This document shows, one piece after another, positions 39,996-51,989 of a stretch of 64,000 nucleotides of DNA (the first letter of the stretch is position 1; the number at the start of each line of letters is the position of its first letter). The DNA is from Octopus sinensis (lineage: Eukaryota), in assembly GCF_006345805.1 (NCBI RefSeq), contig NC_043003.1:20274001-20338000 (forward strand), written 5' to 3'. The notes beneath the pieces are model-generated. The model did not search any database. It saw only the letters and a program-made list of their open reading frames with translations, and had not been told where the DNA came from. The translations under genes were made by a program, and so were the position numbers.

Positions 39996-40175
39996 CTGGT
40001 TTCTGGCCTATATATATATTTTTTTAATTTTATGCTCCAGCAAGCTGAACTTTTCATATTTTATTTGGTTATGAAATATCTCATTAGCTTTGATCAATGA
40101 GCATAATGTTACCTCTTAGTAGACCGATCATACTAATAATATATACACACACACTCATACTTACATACACGCCCC

Positions 40176-40210
<35 letters not shown>

Positions 40211-40377
40211 ATGTAGGATAAATTTTTTTTTTGAAAAAAAATTTTATCAATGGCCAGCATATTAAAAAATAACTTTAAAGGTTAAATTTATAAACAAACT
40301 TATAAATAAGGGCAAATGACAAATATGCCGAAATTAGACACCCTGTCCATAACCATATAATTTTTCACAAAGGGAAG

Positions 40378-40757
40378 CACTCCGTCGGTTACGACGATGA
40401 GGGTTCCGGTTGATCCGAATCAACGGAACAGCCTGCTCGTGAAATTAACGTGTAAGTGGCTGAGCACTCCACAGACACGTGTACCCTTAACGTAGTTCTC
40501 GGGGATATTCAGCGTGACACAGAGAGTGACAAGGCCGGCCCCTTTAAATACAGGTACAACAGAAACAGGAAGTAAGAGTGAGAGAAAGTTGTGGTGAAAG
40601 AGTACAGCAGGGATCACCACCATCCCCTGCCGGAGCCTCGTGGAGCTTTTAGGTGTTTTCGCTCAATAAACACTCACAACGCCCGGTCTGGGAATCGAAA
40701 CTGCGATCCTATGACCGCGAGTCCGCTGCCCTAACCACTGGGTCATTGCGCCTCCAC
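40378..40757 (-). mobile_element. SINE family C (tRNA-like head) with tail X
   Basis: Head GGAGGCGCAATGACCCAGTGGTTAGGGC..GTTTCGATTCCC; tail shared with 34918-35080. Confidence 0.88.
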
Positions 40758-40916
40758 AATTTTTCACAATACGCACGCTACTCAAAAAAGGTCGACAGAA
40801 ATCTCTAAAAAATTCCATTATTACCATATCGGACCGATTTCAGAGTTAGTTCGTAAGAACCCTCCCTTCGTCAGTGATAAATGTGGCAAAGAAATAAATG
40901 AGATACTTACTCATAC

Positions 40917-41054
40917 CCATGGAAGAAGCAAACACTAAGGCATGAGCAAAATTAAGTACCCCAAATACATCCAAAATAGAAATTCTCCAGCATATTTGAG
41001 GACGTGCAATTTGAACTGAGGTTCTCACAGAGTGAGAGAGTCCGGAAGTGAACA
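40917..41054 (-). CDS. Candidate 138-nt exon (or 144 nt, ending at 40911), phase 1-1
   Basis: AAATTTAATAG| acceptor; tandem donors GTATGA and GTAAGT; FTSGLSHSVRTSVQIARPQICWRISILDVFGVLNFAHALVFASSM. Confidence 0.3.
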
Positions 41055-41231
41055 CTATTAAATTTATATTTAATGTAGGATATTCCAGCTCTGGCCTCGA
41101 ATCCGACAATGGTGATAGCTCAGTATTCGGGTCGAGTGCTTCTCTGGAAATGCCCTCACTTTACACCCTACCAGGACTTTAGAATATGTGTATGTGTATG
41201 TGTGTGTGTGTGTGTATGTGTATACACGCAG

Positions 41232-41276
<45 letters not shown>

Positions 41277-41277
41277 A

Positions 41278-41575
41278 CCGTGATTACCGTGACCGACCAG
41301 GCTATCAGATGTTGCTCCACATCGTTGGTCGCGATGCGCATCACATTGTTTTAGCCTTCAAATGCTGGCTAAGTGAGCAGGCCAATAGAAGAAAGAGTGA
41401 GAGAAAGTTGTAGCGAAAGAGTACAGCAGGGATCGCCACCACTCCCTGCCGGAGCCTCGTGGAGATTTAGGTGTTTTCGCTCAATAAACACTCATAACGC
41501 CCGGTCTAGGAATCGAAACCGCGATCCTACAACCGCGCGTCCACTGCCCTAACCACTGGGCCATTGCGCCTCTCA
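41278..41575 (-). mobile_element. SINE family C head with a different tail (Z)
   Basis: 41392-41575 aligns with 40575-40757; 41278-41390 does not match tail X. Confidence 0.85.
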
Positions 41576-41794
41576 CACATACATATATGTTTGGTTATGC
41601 AAATAGGAAAAAAAGAACTCAGAATGTGATTATATGTATATTTTTTATTAATATTTAGTAGAAGCAACAGTGTTTCACAAGGGCTTATACGTCGGCACGA
41701 GAGTTTTATACGTCGGCACTTATCAAACATGTATGTATGTATGTATGTATGATGTATGTATGTATGTATGTATGTATGTATGTATGTATGTATC

Positions 41795-42030
41795 TATAGG
41801 TGTGTATATCCCCACACCGCTTGGCAACCTCTGCTGGTTTGTTTACGTCACAGTAACTTTAGTTCTTATGTAAAAAAAGACCGATGAAATAGTTGTCGTT
41901 CAAAAAAAACTAAAATTAATAAAGGCGCAATTCCTGGGGTCGACATTTTTCGACTAAAACCTTTAAGGCGGTGCTGTAGTATGGTCACATTCCTGTGACT
42001 GCTACAAGTGAAAAGAATAAAAGAATACCT
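41795..42030 (+). mobile_element. SINE family B, 3' half
   Basis: GGGGTCGAC..CGACTAAA..GGCGGTGCT..AAAAGAATAAAAGAAT. Confidence 0.75.
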
Positions 42031-42518
42031 TATCTTGACCATCTTTACGTTAACCTTCATACAACCAATAATCTCTTATGATGTCTGTAACATATTCAGC
42101 TCAAACCGACGCTCGACTTTCCAATAACATCGATCTTAATGCGACTGGGAAAAAAGCTACAAGGAAACTAAAGCAATTATACTCATGAACAGTTTTCAAT
42201 TACGGATATGATAAGCTGTGTTAGACGCTTAATCCATTGGAGTTCGAAGCAGCTGCCAGCTTCCAAACTTAAAATCAATTACAAAATAACTGGATTTCCC
42301 TTTTTAGTTTAATTAATTTACTTAAAGATTTAAAGCTGGATTGACGTTGCGCAATATCTATTACGGGTGCAGACAAGCACTGCAAAGTTTAAAAGGTTAT
42401 TATCATTGCATATACGATGCATAGTTTGAATACCCGAGTATTATTCCTATATACATACATACGTGCAGACATGCATGCATACATACATACATACATACAT
42501 ACATACATACATACATAC

Positions 42519-42599
<81 letters not shown>

Positions 42600-42776
42600 T
42601 ATATATATATTTATATCTATGTATATGTGCGCCTGCGTGAGCATGTGTGAGTAGGAGAGAGAGAAAGAGAAATAACAATAAATACAGGTTTATATACTTC
42701 CAACCTGCATATACATTCATACATACATACATACATTCGTAAATACATGTATACATACATACGTACACACACACAC

Positions 42777-42816
<40 letters not shown>

Positions 42817-43012
42817 ACGTGTATAGATAGGTAAATAGATAGAGAGTGAGAGAGAAAGAGAGAGAGAGATTGTAGTCATCAATAATACAATAGTAAAGCT
42901 AATTTATCTAACTCTCAAAGGGTTAATTCGTCGACAAACTACTCTATAGCTTAGATTACTATAGTTAGTGTATGACGCTAGCTTCACTCTTCTGCTACAT
43001 ACTACATATATA

Positions 43013-43088
<76 letters not shown>

Positions 43089-43092
43089 ATAT

Positions 43093-43127
<35 letters not shown>

Positions 43128-43129
43128 TA

Positions 43130-43159
<30 letters not shown>

Positions 43160-43160
<1 letters not shown>

Positions 43161-43325
43161 AGGCGTAGGAGTGGCTGTGTGGTAAGTGGCTTGTTTACGA
43201 ACCACCTGGTTCCGGATTCAGTTTCACTGCGTGGCACCTTGGGCATGTGTCTTCTACCATTGCCTCGGGTCGACCAAAGCCTTATGAGTGGATTTGATAG
43301 GCGGAAACTGGAAGAAGCCCGTCAT
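43160..43325 (+). mobile_element. SINE family B, 5' half
   Basis: TAGGCGTAGGAGTGGCTGTGTGG..GAAGAAGCCCGTC. Confidence 0.85.
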
Positions 43326-43795
43326 ATATATGTATGTGTATATATATATATGTATGTGTATATATATATATATATACAAATTGAGATAGGGGTTGTAAAT
43401 GCAACCCTCCATGGGATAACATATATCCAATATACTGCTAGTGAAGTACCCAACAAAGTTAATACATAAATGTTAATGATTGCAATGCAATCAATTCATT
43501 TACTGTATTATATGGGCAAAGGTAAAATGATTTACCACAAATTACTAATACAAGATAAGAAAATGGAGAAATACATCTAAATCAAATATCAATTACCAGA
43601 TAATACTCAATCACATACTTTATTAAACCACCACATAAGAGACTGTAGGGTTAAACATAAAAAAGCAGAACAAATCAGTGTACATAAAAGAATGTACATA
43701 AAAAGTGTACATAAAAGAGTAATGTTGTATAATAAGTAGAATATATATAAAAGAGAATATAAATATAAGTAAACATAAATATAAGTATAGATTAC

Positions 43796-43922
43796 ATCTT
43801 ACAGCTGTTTCGGCCATGTAGATAAGTATGTCTCATTTTACCAATATTAGCCTTTTATGGTAGGTCAATATATAGATATAAATGAGACATTTACAAAAAT
43901 ATCATAAGGCCTCTTCGGAGAT
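43796..43922 (-). ncRNA. Type I hammerhead candidate with long helix II insertion and U4C core change
   Basis: Minus strand: AUCU-CCGAAGA-GGCC..(92 nt)..GGCC-GAA-ACAGCUGU-A-AGAU. All three helices pair; palindromic helix III. Confidence 0.65.
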
Positions 43923-44827
43923 TATGTGATATAAAACAGTCTACATATATACCCACATGGGTGTGGGTACATACCCATAATACAACATATACATATACAT
44001 ATGAGTGCATATACTCACACTCCTATACATATAAAAATATACAAAATGTGTAATCGTTTGCCTTTGTTAAAAAAAAAAATTCGTGTATCAATCAAGAGGA
44101 CAGTAATGATGTTAGTAATACAGTTATAAACGAGAATCGAAACCGAATCACCTCTTCATCAAAACGCCAACTGCAAAAAATATAAATAAACAAACAAAAA
44201 TAGAACAGCAAAAATACTCATAGAAATAATGTACACAATGAAGTAACAAATAAACAAATAAAAGTAAAGAAATTTGAGACGGTCTTACTGTGAGTTCGAT
44301 TACAAAACACGCGGAAATAGAAAAGGGATTGAATGCCAAGAATTGCACAAGCAATCGGAAACTTGGCGGCAATAAGATTAAAATGTTTAGAAGTCTGGAA
44401 TATCCTACAGCTAGACTACTTCCGACAGCTTTTATATAAAGTAATCAAAAGCAACAAGCTAATCTAATCATCTAATATTAAATTGATTGGAAAAAAAAAA
44501 CTAGTCTTGAAGATACAAAGACTTGATGGGCCTGCAGCCTGTAGGTGGTTAATGTTGAATTAGCAACAGGCTGATGGAGGTTTCGTAATTTGTTATTGAT
44601 ATCTGGCATGTATGATGGTTTGTGGTTACCACATTCACCTTCTGCTGTCTAAGTTTACCTAGATGTAAATAAGTTGTTGTTATTGTTGCTGTTTAGCCAC
44701 AAGTTGACCTTAATCTATGAAACTTATTAAACAAAGGCATTCCAGTCGTGACCATCCTGCTGTTTATCATTTCCGAACCATTCAGACGTAACCGTTCCGT
44801 TTTCTTTAATTTTCAGATTTATTTTAC

Positions 44828-45038
44828 CTTGAACCGCCCAGCTGTGGCCACCCCGTTTTCTTTGCTTTTTACATCTATTACACTCCAAATTACATTAGCC
44901 AATGTCCTCTGCTTTAATACATCTAGGTGGGGTTTGAAATAGAATTTCGCTCCTGTTTCTAATCGGCCAAAAGGCTGTGCAGATATTTCTTTATTGGCTA
45001 TTTCTAAAATAAGCTGCGGAACCAAACAGGCAGCACAG
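44828..45038 (-). CDS. Candidate internal exon of an unidentified host gene
   Basis: TTTGTTGCTGCTCCCAG| acceptor (alternative CCGCAG| at 45013) and AAG|GTAAAA donor. Open 70 codons: CAACLVPQLILEIANKEISAQPFGRLETGAKFYFKPHLDVLKQRTLANVIWSVIDVKSKENGVATAGRFK. Confidence 0.5.
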
Positions 45039-45065
45039 CTGGGAGCAGCAACAAAGTGTTGTGTA

Positions 45066-45192
45066 CAGTAATGCCTCGATGTAGGAGTTAATGCGTTCCC
45101 AGAGAATGCTCGTAAAGCGAAAACTCGTAAACAGAAAATGAAACTTGTAACAGCTCGTAAACCAGGGGATCTCGTAAAGTGAGGCATTATTG
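45066..45192. mobile_element. Tigger-like MITE (127 bp)
   Basis: TA|CAGTAATGCCTCG...TGAGGCATTATTG|TA, internal CTCGTAA repeats, TA TSD. Confidence 0.8.
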
Positions 45193-45245
45193 TATTTTTA
45201 ACTAGACCATAACAATACATTGCTGCTTATATATGTTTTCTTTAC

Positions 45246-45317
45246 CTTGTTGCATGCAAAATCCGGAACCAATCAAGTGTAAACTTCCAATTACATTCTT
45301 GCCTTGAAGAGATCTTA
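45246..45317 (-). CDS. Candidate 72-nt exon upstream of 45038
   Basis: CTGTTGCTCCTACCAATATCAG| acceptor and CAAG|GTAAAG donor. The phase 2-2 reading KISSRQECNWKFTLDWFRILHAT joins 45038 in frame. Confidence 0.4.
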
Positions 45318-45363
45318 CTGATATTGGTAGGAGCAACAGAAGTTCGATCACCGCGCAGAACCG

Positions 45364-45390
45364 TTAACAACAACAACAACAACAACAACA

Positions 45391-45446
<56 letters not shown>

Positions 45447-45510
45447 CGCTACCACCACCACCGCCATCACCACAATCACCATCATCATCGCCAGCAGCAG
45501 CAACAGCAAC

Positions 45511-45582
<72 letters not shown>

Positions 45583-45597
45583 TAGTAGTAGTAGTAC
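45364..45597. repeat. Compound (AAC)n-(TAC)n-(CAC/CAT/CAG)n-(TAG)n array
   Basis: Direct inspection. Confidence 0.97.
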
Positions 45598-45769
45598 CAC
45601 GAAGTTATTGTTTAGTATGTTTTCACCAGGATCGTTTGAGCAATTGCCTTTGTTGTAGTTAATATCACTTTGTTGTTGTTGCAGCTGTTGCGTTATTGTT
45701 AGTCACTAGTCTACTCTGCTGACAGAACATAGTCTTCAATCTAGTTCTGCACATAAGAAATGGTGGGGG

Positions 45770-46275
45770 GTGGTCATGACAGGGATGACTTTGATTAAAT
45801 CTCTACTTGATAAGTACAGACCTGGTGCCTAGCAACAATAACAAAGAATCCGCAAAATACATCTAAATGATCCATAATCACCCTCACCGAACATCCTTTG
45901 AATTACAAGTAGGACTCATTGTTGCCAACTGAGTGGAATGGAGCGACGTGACAAAAGCGACATGCTCAACGCGTCACCGGGTATTGAACTCAAGACCTTA
46001 AAATCGTGAACCTATTTCTTTACTACCCACAAGGGGCTAAACACAGAGAGGACAAACAAGGACAAACGGATTAAGTCGATTATATCGACCCCAGTGCGTA
46101 ACTGGTACTTACTTGCTCGACCCCGAAAGGATGAAAGGCAAAGTCAACCTCGGCGGAATTTGAACTCAGAACGTAACAGCAGACGAAATACGGCGTGCTA
46201 ACGTTTCTGCCAGCTCGCCGCCTTATTTAAGACCTTAAAATCGTGAACCGAATACCCTAACAACAAAGCCACGCG
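45770..46275 (-). mobile_element. Diverged SINE D copy interrupted by SINE A
   Basis: GAGTGGAATGGAGCGACGTG..GTATTGAACTCAAGACC|insert|GAATACCCTAAC. Confidence 0.7.
46013..46228 (-). mobile_element. SINE family A copy inserted in a SINE D, 21-bp TSD
   Basis: AAGACCTTAAAATCGTGAACC at 45992-46012 and 46229-46249. Confidence 0.92.
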
Positions 46276-46714
46276 CGTATTCACAACTATTATCATACGC
46301 TTAAAACACGGACCAACTTCAGCATACTACAATACACAATATAAAGAAAAACAAGTTACGAAACAGTTGACAGACGTTATATATATAATATGGCGAAATG
46401 CTAAAATGAACAAATCAGAAAGCATATGATTGTCACATTCATAACAAAAACGGTGAAAAATTTAGTTTGAAGTGGGATATTCTACACCATTCACAAGCAC
46501 CCTCCATACAGTTTAAATGGTAATAGCATACGCCAAACTTACACGATTTGGGAGGTGCGACTACAAAGTTTTAAGTATAATTGAGACAGATTTAGAAACT
46601 TTTTGTCTGAAACAAATTCCTGGCAACTTAGGCAGAAATATGGAAATGAATTGAAAAGGTGTCTGTACAACACAGCTGTGTTTTCAGCACAAAATATCTC
46701 ATACAGACGATTCC

Positions 46715-46777
46715 ATATACATACATACATACATACATACATACATACATACATACATGCATACATACACACATATA

Positions 46778-46813
<36 letters not shown>

Positions 46814-47050
46814 TGTATGTATGTATGTATGTATGTGTACATATATGTATATGAGTATATATGTACACACATATGTCATATGTGTATATATGTCATATGT
46901 CATATGTGTATATGTCATATGTGTATATATATATATTTTTGTATATATATATATCTGCATATATATACGTACATACGTACATACATACTTATATGTGTGT
47001 TTGTGTATGTGTGTGTAGTAGTAGTAGTAGTAGTAGTAGTCGTGGTAGTA

Positions 47051-47093
<43 letters not shown>

Positions 47094-47110
47094 TAGTAGT
47101 AGTAGTAGTG

Positions 47111-47161
<51 letters not shown>

Positions 47162-47490
47162 AAGCTGCGATTCCACGTTGCTGTTACTCAGATTTTCACA
47201 CTATGGCTGATTGCACAACTAAAGGCATCAGTTACATAAGCAAAAGATAACGTGTAATAATAATCAACAGAAAACAAACTCGATATTACCAAACTCATAC
47301 ACAGGCATATACACTCGTACACAGGCATATATACATAAACATATACATACATACATACATACATACATATTTGCGAAACTGTGATTGAACGTATGCTTAG
47401 GTATTTGTGAGCATATACGTAAGTGTATATGCATGCACACACACACATACATACATACATACATATATATATATATATAATATATATATA

Positions 47491-47546
<56 letters not shown>

Positions 47547-47616
47547 TATATATAATATATATATGTATGTATGTATGTATGTGCATATATTTATATATAT
47601 ATTCTCATATATATAC

Positions 47617-47680
<64 letters not shown>

Positions 47681-47704
47681 TATATATATACATATATATA
47701 TATA

Positions 47705-47735
<31 letters not shown>

Positions 47736-48090
47736 ATATATGTACATATATACATATATACATACATATATACATACATGTGTATATATGTATATATATA
47801 GGTGTGTGTGAGTATATATGTGCATATATGTATACATGTATGTATGTATGGATTGTTTTTGCCTGTATACATATGTGTAAAATTCCTATTAGAAGACACC
47901 TTCAGAGACAAGCAATATTAATAATACAACGAAAGTGTTATCTACAAATTAGAGGATGCTTAGTTGTGCAAAACACAAGATATGGGTCAGCGGCGTCGCG
48001 AATTAATCAATAATCATGGAGAGTACGAGGACGAGGCGAAACGGCTAAACGTACATAGACGCACTGAGAAAGGGTATACATACACTAGCT

Positions 48091-48122
<32 letters not shown>

Positions 48123-48267
48123 CATACATACATACATACATACATACGTACGTACGTACGTACGTACGTACATACATACATACATACATACATATATACA
48201 TACATACATATATACACATTAATCGTAAATTTACGTCTACGCACGTACGTACACACACACATATATA

Positions 48268-48301
<34 letters not shown>

Positions 48302-48309
48302 CATACACG

Positions 48310-48351
<42 letters not shown>

Positions 48352-48759
48352 CTATCTATCTATCTATCTATCTATATACATATATAATATCTATTCCTCT
48401 CTTTCACTCTGTATATATACGTATGCATACACACACACACACACACACCACACACACATATATATATATATATATACACACATATATACACAATTCAAAG
48501 AGTCATAGAAGCAGAACGATATGGATACATTTATATCAATGTGAACATCTATAAACATACACTTACACAAACATAACGACCCACACATAATCATGTCAAC
48601 ACATAGATTCACCGTTAGATACATACGAAATAAACGTACAGACACACGTAATATATACATATATATATATATAATATATATATATATTATATATTATATA
48701 TATATATATTATATATATATATACATATACCTATATATGTATATATATGTATATATATA

Positions 48760-48840
<81 letters not shown>

Positions 48841-48862
48841 CACACACACAGAAACACACACG

Positions 48863-48897
<35 letters not shown>

Positions 48898-48989
48898 AAT
48901 AATCGATTTACTAAATATCTTAATATACATATGCATATATATGTGTGCCATAAATATGTCTCACGGAAAGTATAGATATATGAACACGC

Positions 48990-49041
<52 letters not shown>

Positions 49042-49065
49042 TATATATATACATACATGCATCTG

Positions 49066-49132
<67 letters not shown>

Positions 49133-49150
49133 ATCTATCTAGCTAGCTAG
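46715..49150. repeat. Microsatellite field: (TACA)n, (TATG)n, (TAG)n, (TA)n, (TATC)n with short unique islands
   Basis: Direct inspection. Confidence 0.95.
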
Positions 49151-50239
49151 CTAGATATGTATATAGATACATATATGCGCGCCTCGGCTAGTATTTCACT
49201 TCACTGTTACATGAAATACATGTATGTCTACCTATATCGTCTGAATGTATGTGTGAATGTATATAAGTGTCTCTATCTATGTGTGCAGATATATGTGTGT
49301 ATATATACTTGTACGTATGTTTGAATGTATTGTTATGTGTATGTAGGTAGATAGAAAATGTTTGCTCGATCTTAATGGACGGCTATATGAAACATCCTTC
49401 TCCCCATCTCCCGTTACCTTTCCTTCGTCCTCAATATAAATGTTTTTCGGTTCTACTAGTCAACAGCCTCTCCCACACATCAGACCTCCTCTTCTCATAA
49501 ATATACAATCAAATTAATCAGCTCTCAAAGTAACAAACGCGTCCGCTCTAACGTTATTCCCATCCTACCCAGACATATCTTTGTACCACTCCGTGACCTC
49601 CATTACATCCAAAACAAATTTAATGACCTTAAAACCCATCACCAACACACATGCCATATAATCACTTTGTGACTCCTTCCACATAACATTTAATACTTGT
49701 TCTGGTCTCCCATTATGACCCTTTCAAAAACAATATATAAATAAATAACTATATTAGAAAACATAAAATGATTTTTATATACTGCAATATTAATTTCTCG
49801 CAAAATAACCTCCATACCTTCTCTTGTCTTTTCCCTTAATTAGCGCATCATTCTACCAAGACACATAACACCACACTTGTTCACAATGATAACTTATATA
49901 GCTTTATTGTCTAATAGCCAAAACAAAGTCATTACCCAGACGTATTTATTTATCTTCACCGAACCACCAGCGCACTCCCTCAAAAACGCATAGGCAACAG
50001 GAACAAATAATACAGTAACAGACCGAGACCATCTCACTCACTCCATACAAACGCTTCGAATACTTGTGAACTAGAATCATAAACATCTAAGTACCGTCTG
50101 AATTTCTCGAAAGCTTACACTAAACAATTCGGTTGTATGTGAAACTACTAGTCACTCTACGCCACTCTATTTGAATACCTACAATAAAACAGTCACTGTA
50201 CTGGGTTCTCTCACTTGAAGAGTACTCGTTATATATATA

Positions 50240-50387
50240 TATATTCTTAAAACAGCAGAAATATTTTTATAAAACTGTTACGAACGGGAACGTGAAACTG
50301 AGTGACAGTTTTTGTGATATTTTTGCTTCTGGTATTCGAGTACTATTTTTTTCCAACTTGTTTCGCATTTATGTGCTTACTCTGGTA
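50240..50387 (+). mobile_element. Diverged second copy of the 31.1-kb hammerhead mini-element
   Basis: AAAACTGT..ACGGGAACGTGAAACTGAGTGACAGTTTT and the 3' tract (GGTATTCGAGTACT..TTATGTGCTTACTCTGGTA) align with 31112-31258. CUGAUGA box decayed. (TA)n on both sides. Confidence 0.7.
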
Positions 50388-50620
50388 AATATATATATAT
50401 ATATATAATAAAATATTAGGGAATAAATCCAAACTTACAGGGAAAAATCAGATTTAGGATTGAATCCAATTTTATAGTAAAATATTATATTATATTAAAT
50501 TAGAGATAAGACCACTATTAGGCAAATCATACAATGAAAAACTTAAGCCAATACATAAGATTAATTAATTTATATTATTTAAATATATATCAAAATTATT
50601 AAAAAAGATAATTAATATAA

Positions 50621-50683
50621 CACTACGATCGTTTTTGGCTGTTCAATTCTTAAAATTTTCGAGTTACAGTCATTCTTCAGGTG
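50621..50683 (-). ncRNA. Degenerate type I hammerhead (G12A) in PLE-like terminal relic 50407-50715
   Basis: Minus strand: CAC-CUGAAGA-A-UGACUGU..ACAGCCA-AAA-ACGAUCGU-A-GUG. Palindromic helix III; GAA reads AAA. Confidence 0.55.
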
Positions 50684-50723
50684 GTTTACATATTTAACTT
50701 GGCGAGGTTTAATCAATGAAATA

Positions 50724-51063
50724 AAATATATATATATATTACTGAGACCCTCTCCGGTCATGACTGACCATAGGATTGCACCTAGAAAGGCACCAGTTCG
50801 GGCAAGGTTGTTTACGGAAGACCAGCAGTCGCCCATGTATACCAGCCTCACCTCTCCACACCACCAGTGTTATCCAAGGGAAAGGCAATGGCTGATACAG
50901 CTTGGCACCTGTGATGTTACAACACATTTATGCAGCTGAGTGAACTGGAGCAACGTGAAATAAAGTGTCTTGCTCAAGAACACAACATGCAGCCCCGTCC
51001 GGGATTCGAACTCACAACTTCACGATCATAACTCGACGCTCTAACCACTGAGCCATGCGCCTT
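50724..51063 (-). mobile_element. SINE family D head with tail Y
   Basis: GAGCAACGTGAAATAAAGTGTCTTGCTCAAG..GATTCGAACTC..AACCACTGAGCCATGCGCC; unrelated 3' part. Confidence 0.85.
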
Positions 51064-51096
51064 CACTACACACACACATATACACACACACTAGTA

Positions 51097-51182
51097 TATA
51101 ATTAAGAGAAATAACTTCTATTAAGTGAATAGTGAAAGACACATATTGAATTACTTAGCAGAGGTTATTTCTCTTAATTATA
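51097..51182. repeat. Inverted repeat, 23-bp arms, 1 mismatch
   Basis: TATAATTAAGAGAAATAACTTCT / AGAGGTTATTTCTCTTAATTATA. Confidence 0.9.
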
Positions 51183-51292
51183 AATATATATTATATATTG
51201 TGAAATTTGATTTAGAATTGCTAAATTGAATTTTTCCGTGTAAGGTTGGAAGTATATTCCCTACTATATGTGTGTGTATATATATATGGATA

Positions 51293-51368
<76 letters not shown>

Positions 51369-51369
51369 T

Positions 51370-51565
51370 TTTACCTGTTGTAATCATTAGACTTCTGCCG
51401 TGCTGGAGCACTACCATGTAGCGTTTAGTCGAAAAAATCGACTCCGATACTTTTTTAAAGCCTAGCACTTATTCCACAAGTCTTTTTTGCCGAACCGCTA
51501 CATTACGAAGACGTAAACAAACCAGTACCAATTGTCAAGTGGTGATGGAAGACAAACACAAACAT
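51370..51565 (-). mobile_element. SINE family B, 3' half
   Basis: TGCTGGAGCAC..TTGCCGAACCGCTA. Confidence 0.75.
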
Positions 51566-51989
51566 ATGGGGATACTCACGCACACACATATATATGCATA
51601 CATATATATCCATATCCATAAATATACTCTCACACCTGCACGCACAAATGTATATATGCACACACACCCATACATCCACACTCGCATGCACCCCCCTCAC
51701 AGATATGTTTGTAGCTGAAGAGCCATATAAGTTTTATATGTGCTCTTATACCATACTTTAACGAAATATGATATTAAGCGTTTCAAATGTTGGCACAATT
51801 CCAGCGGTTTTGACACAGTAAATGTTGTTGGTCGATACCATCGCCTTTAGTAATCAACTAGTTAATAAATGCAATGAAAGTGTGTTCGCTGTTCATAATT
51901 ATATTCCAAACATAATGTTTTAATATAGTTTATAAGTATAATGGTAAAGAAGAAATGATATACTTTTACGAATCTCTCTCATTGGCAAA

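Noticed and set aside
40685-40757. tRNA gene
   Set aside because: Box A/B-like motifs are present, but there is no acceptor-stem pairing and it continues into a repeated SINE body. The same applies to the other SINE heads.
47964-48075. Charged peptide [27 protein letters not shown] as an exon
   Set aside because: Weak splice sites, and the ORF length comes from adjacent microsatellite.
49380-50190. Purine-biased minus-strand tract as a LINE relic (also 38420-38650)
   Set aside because: Composition is suggestive, but no motif could be aligned convincingly by eye.
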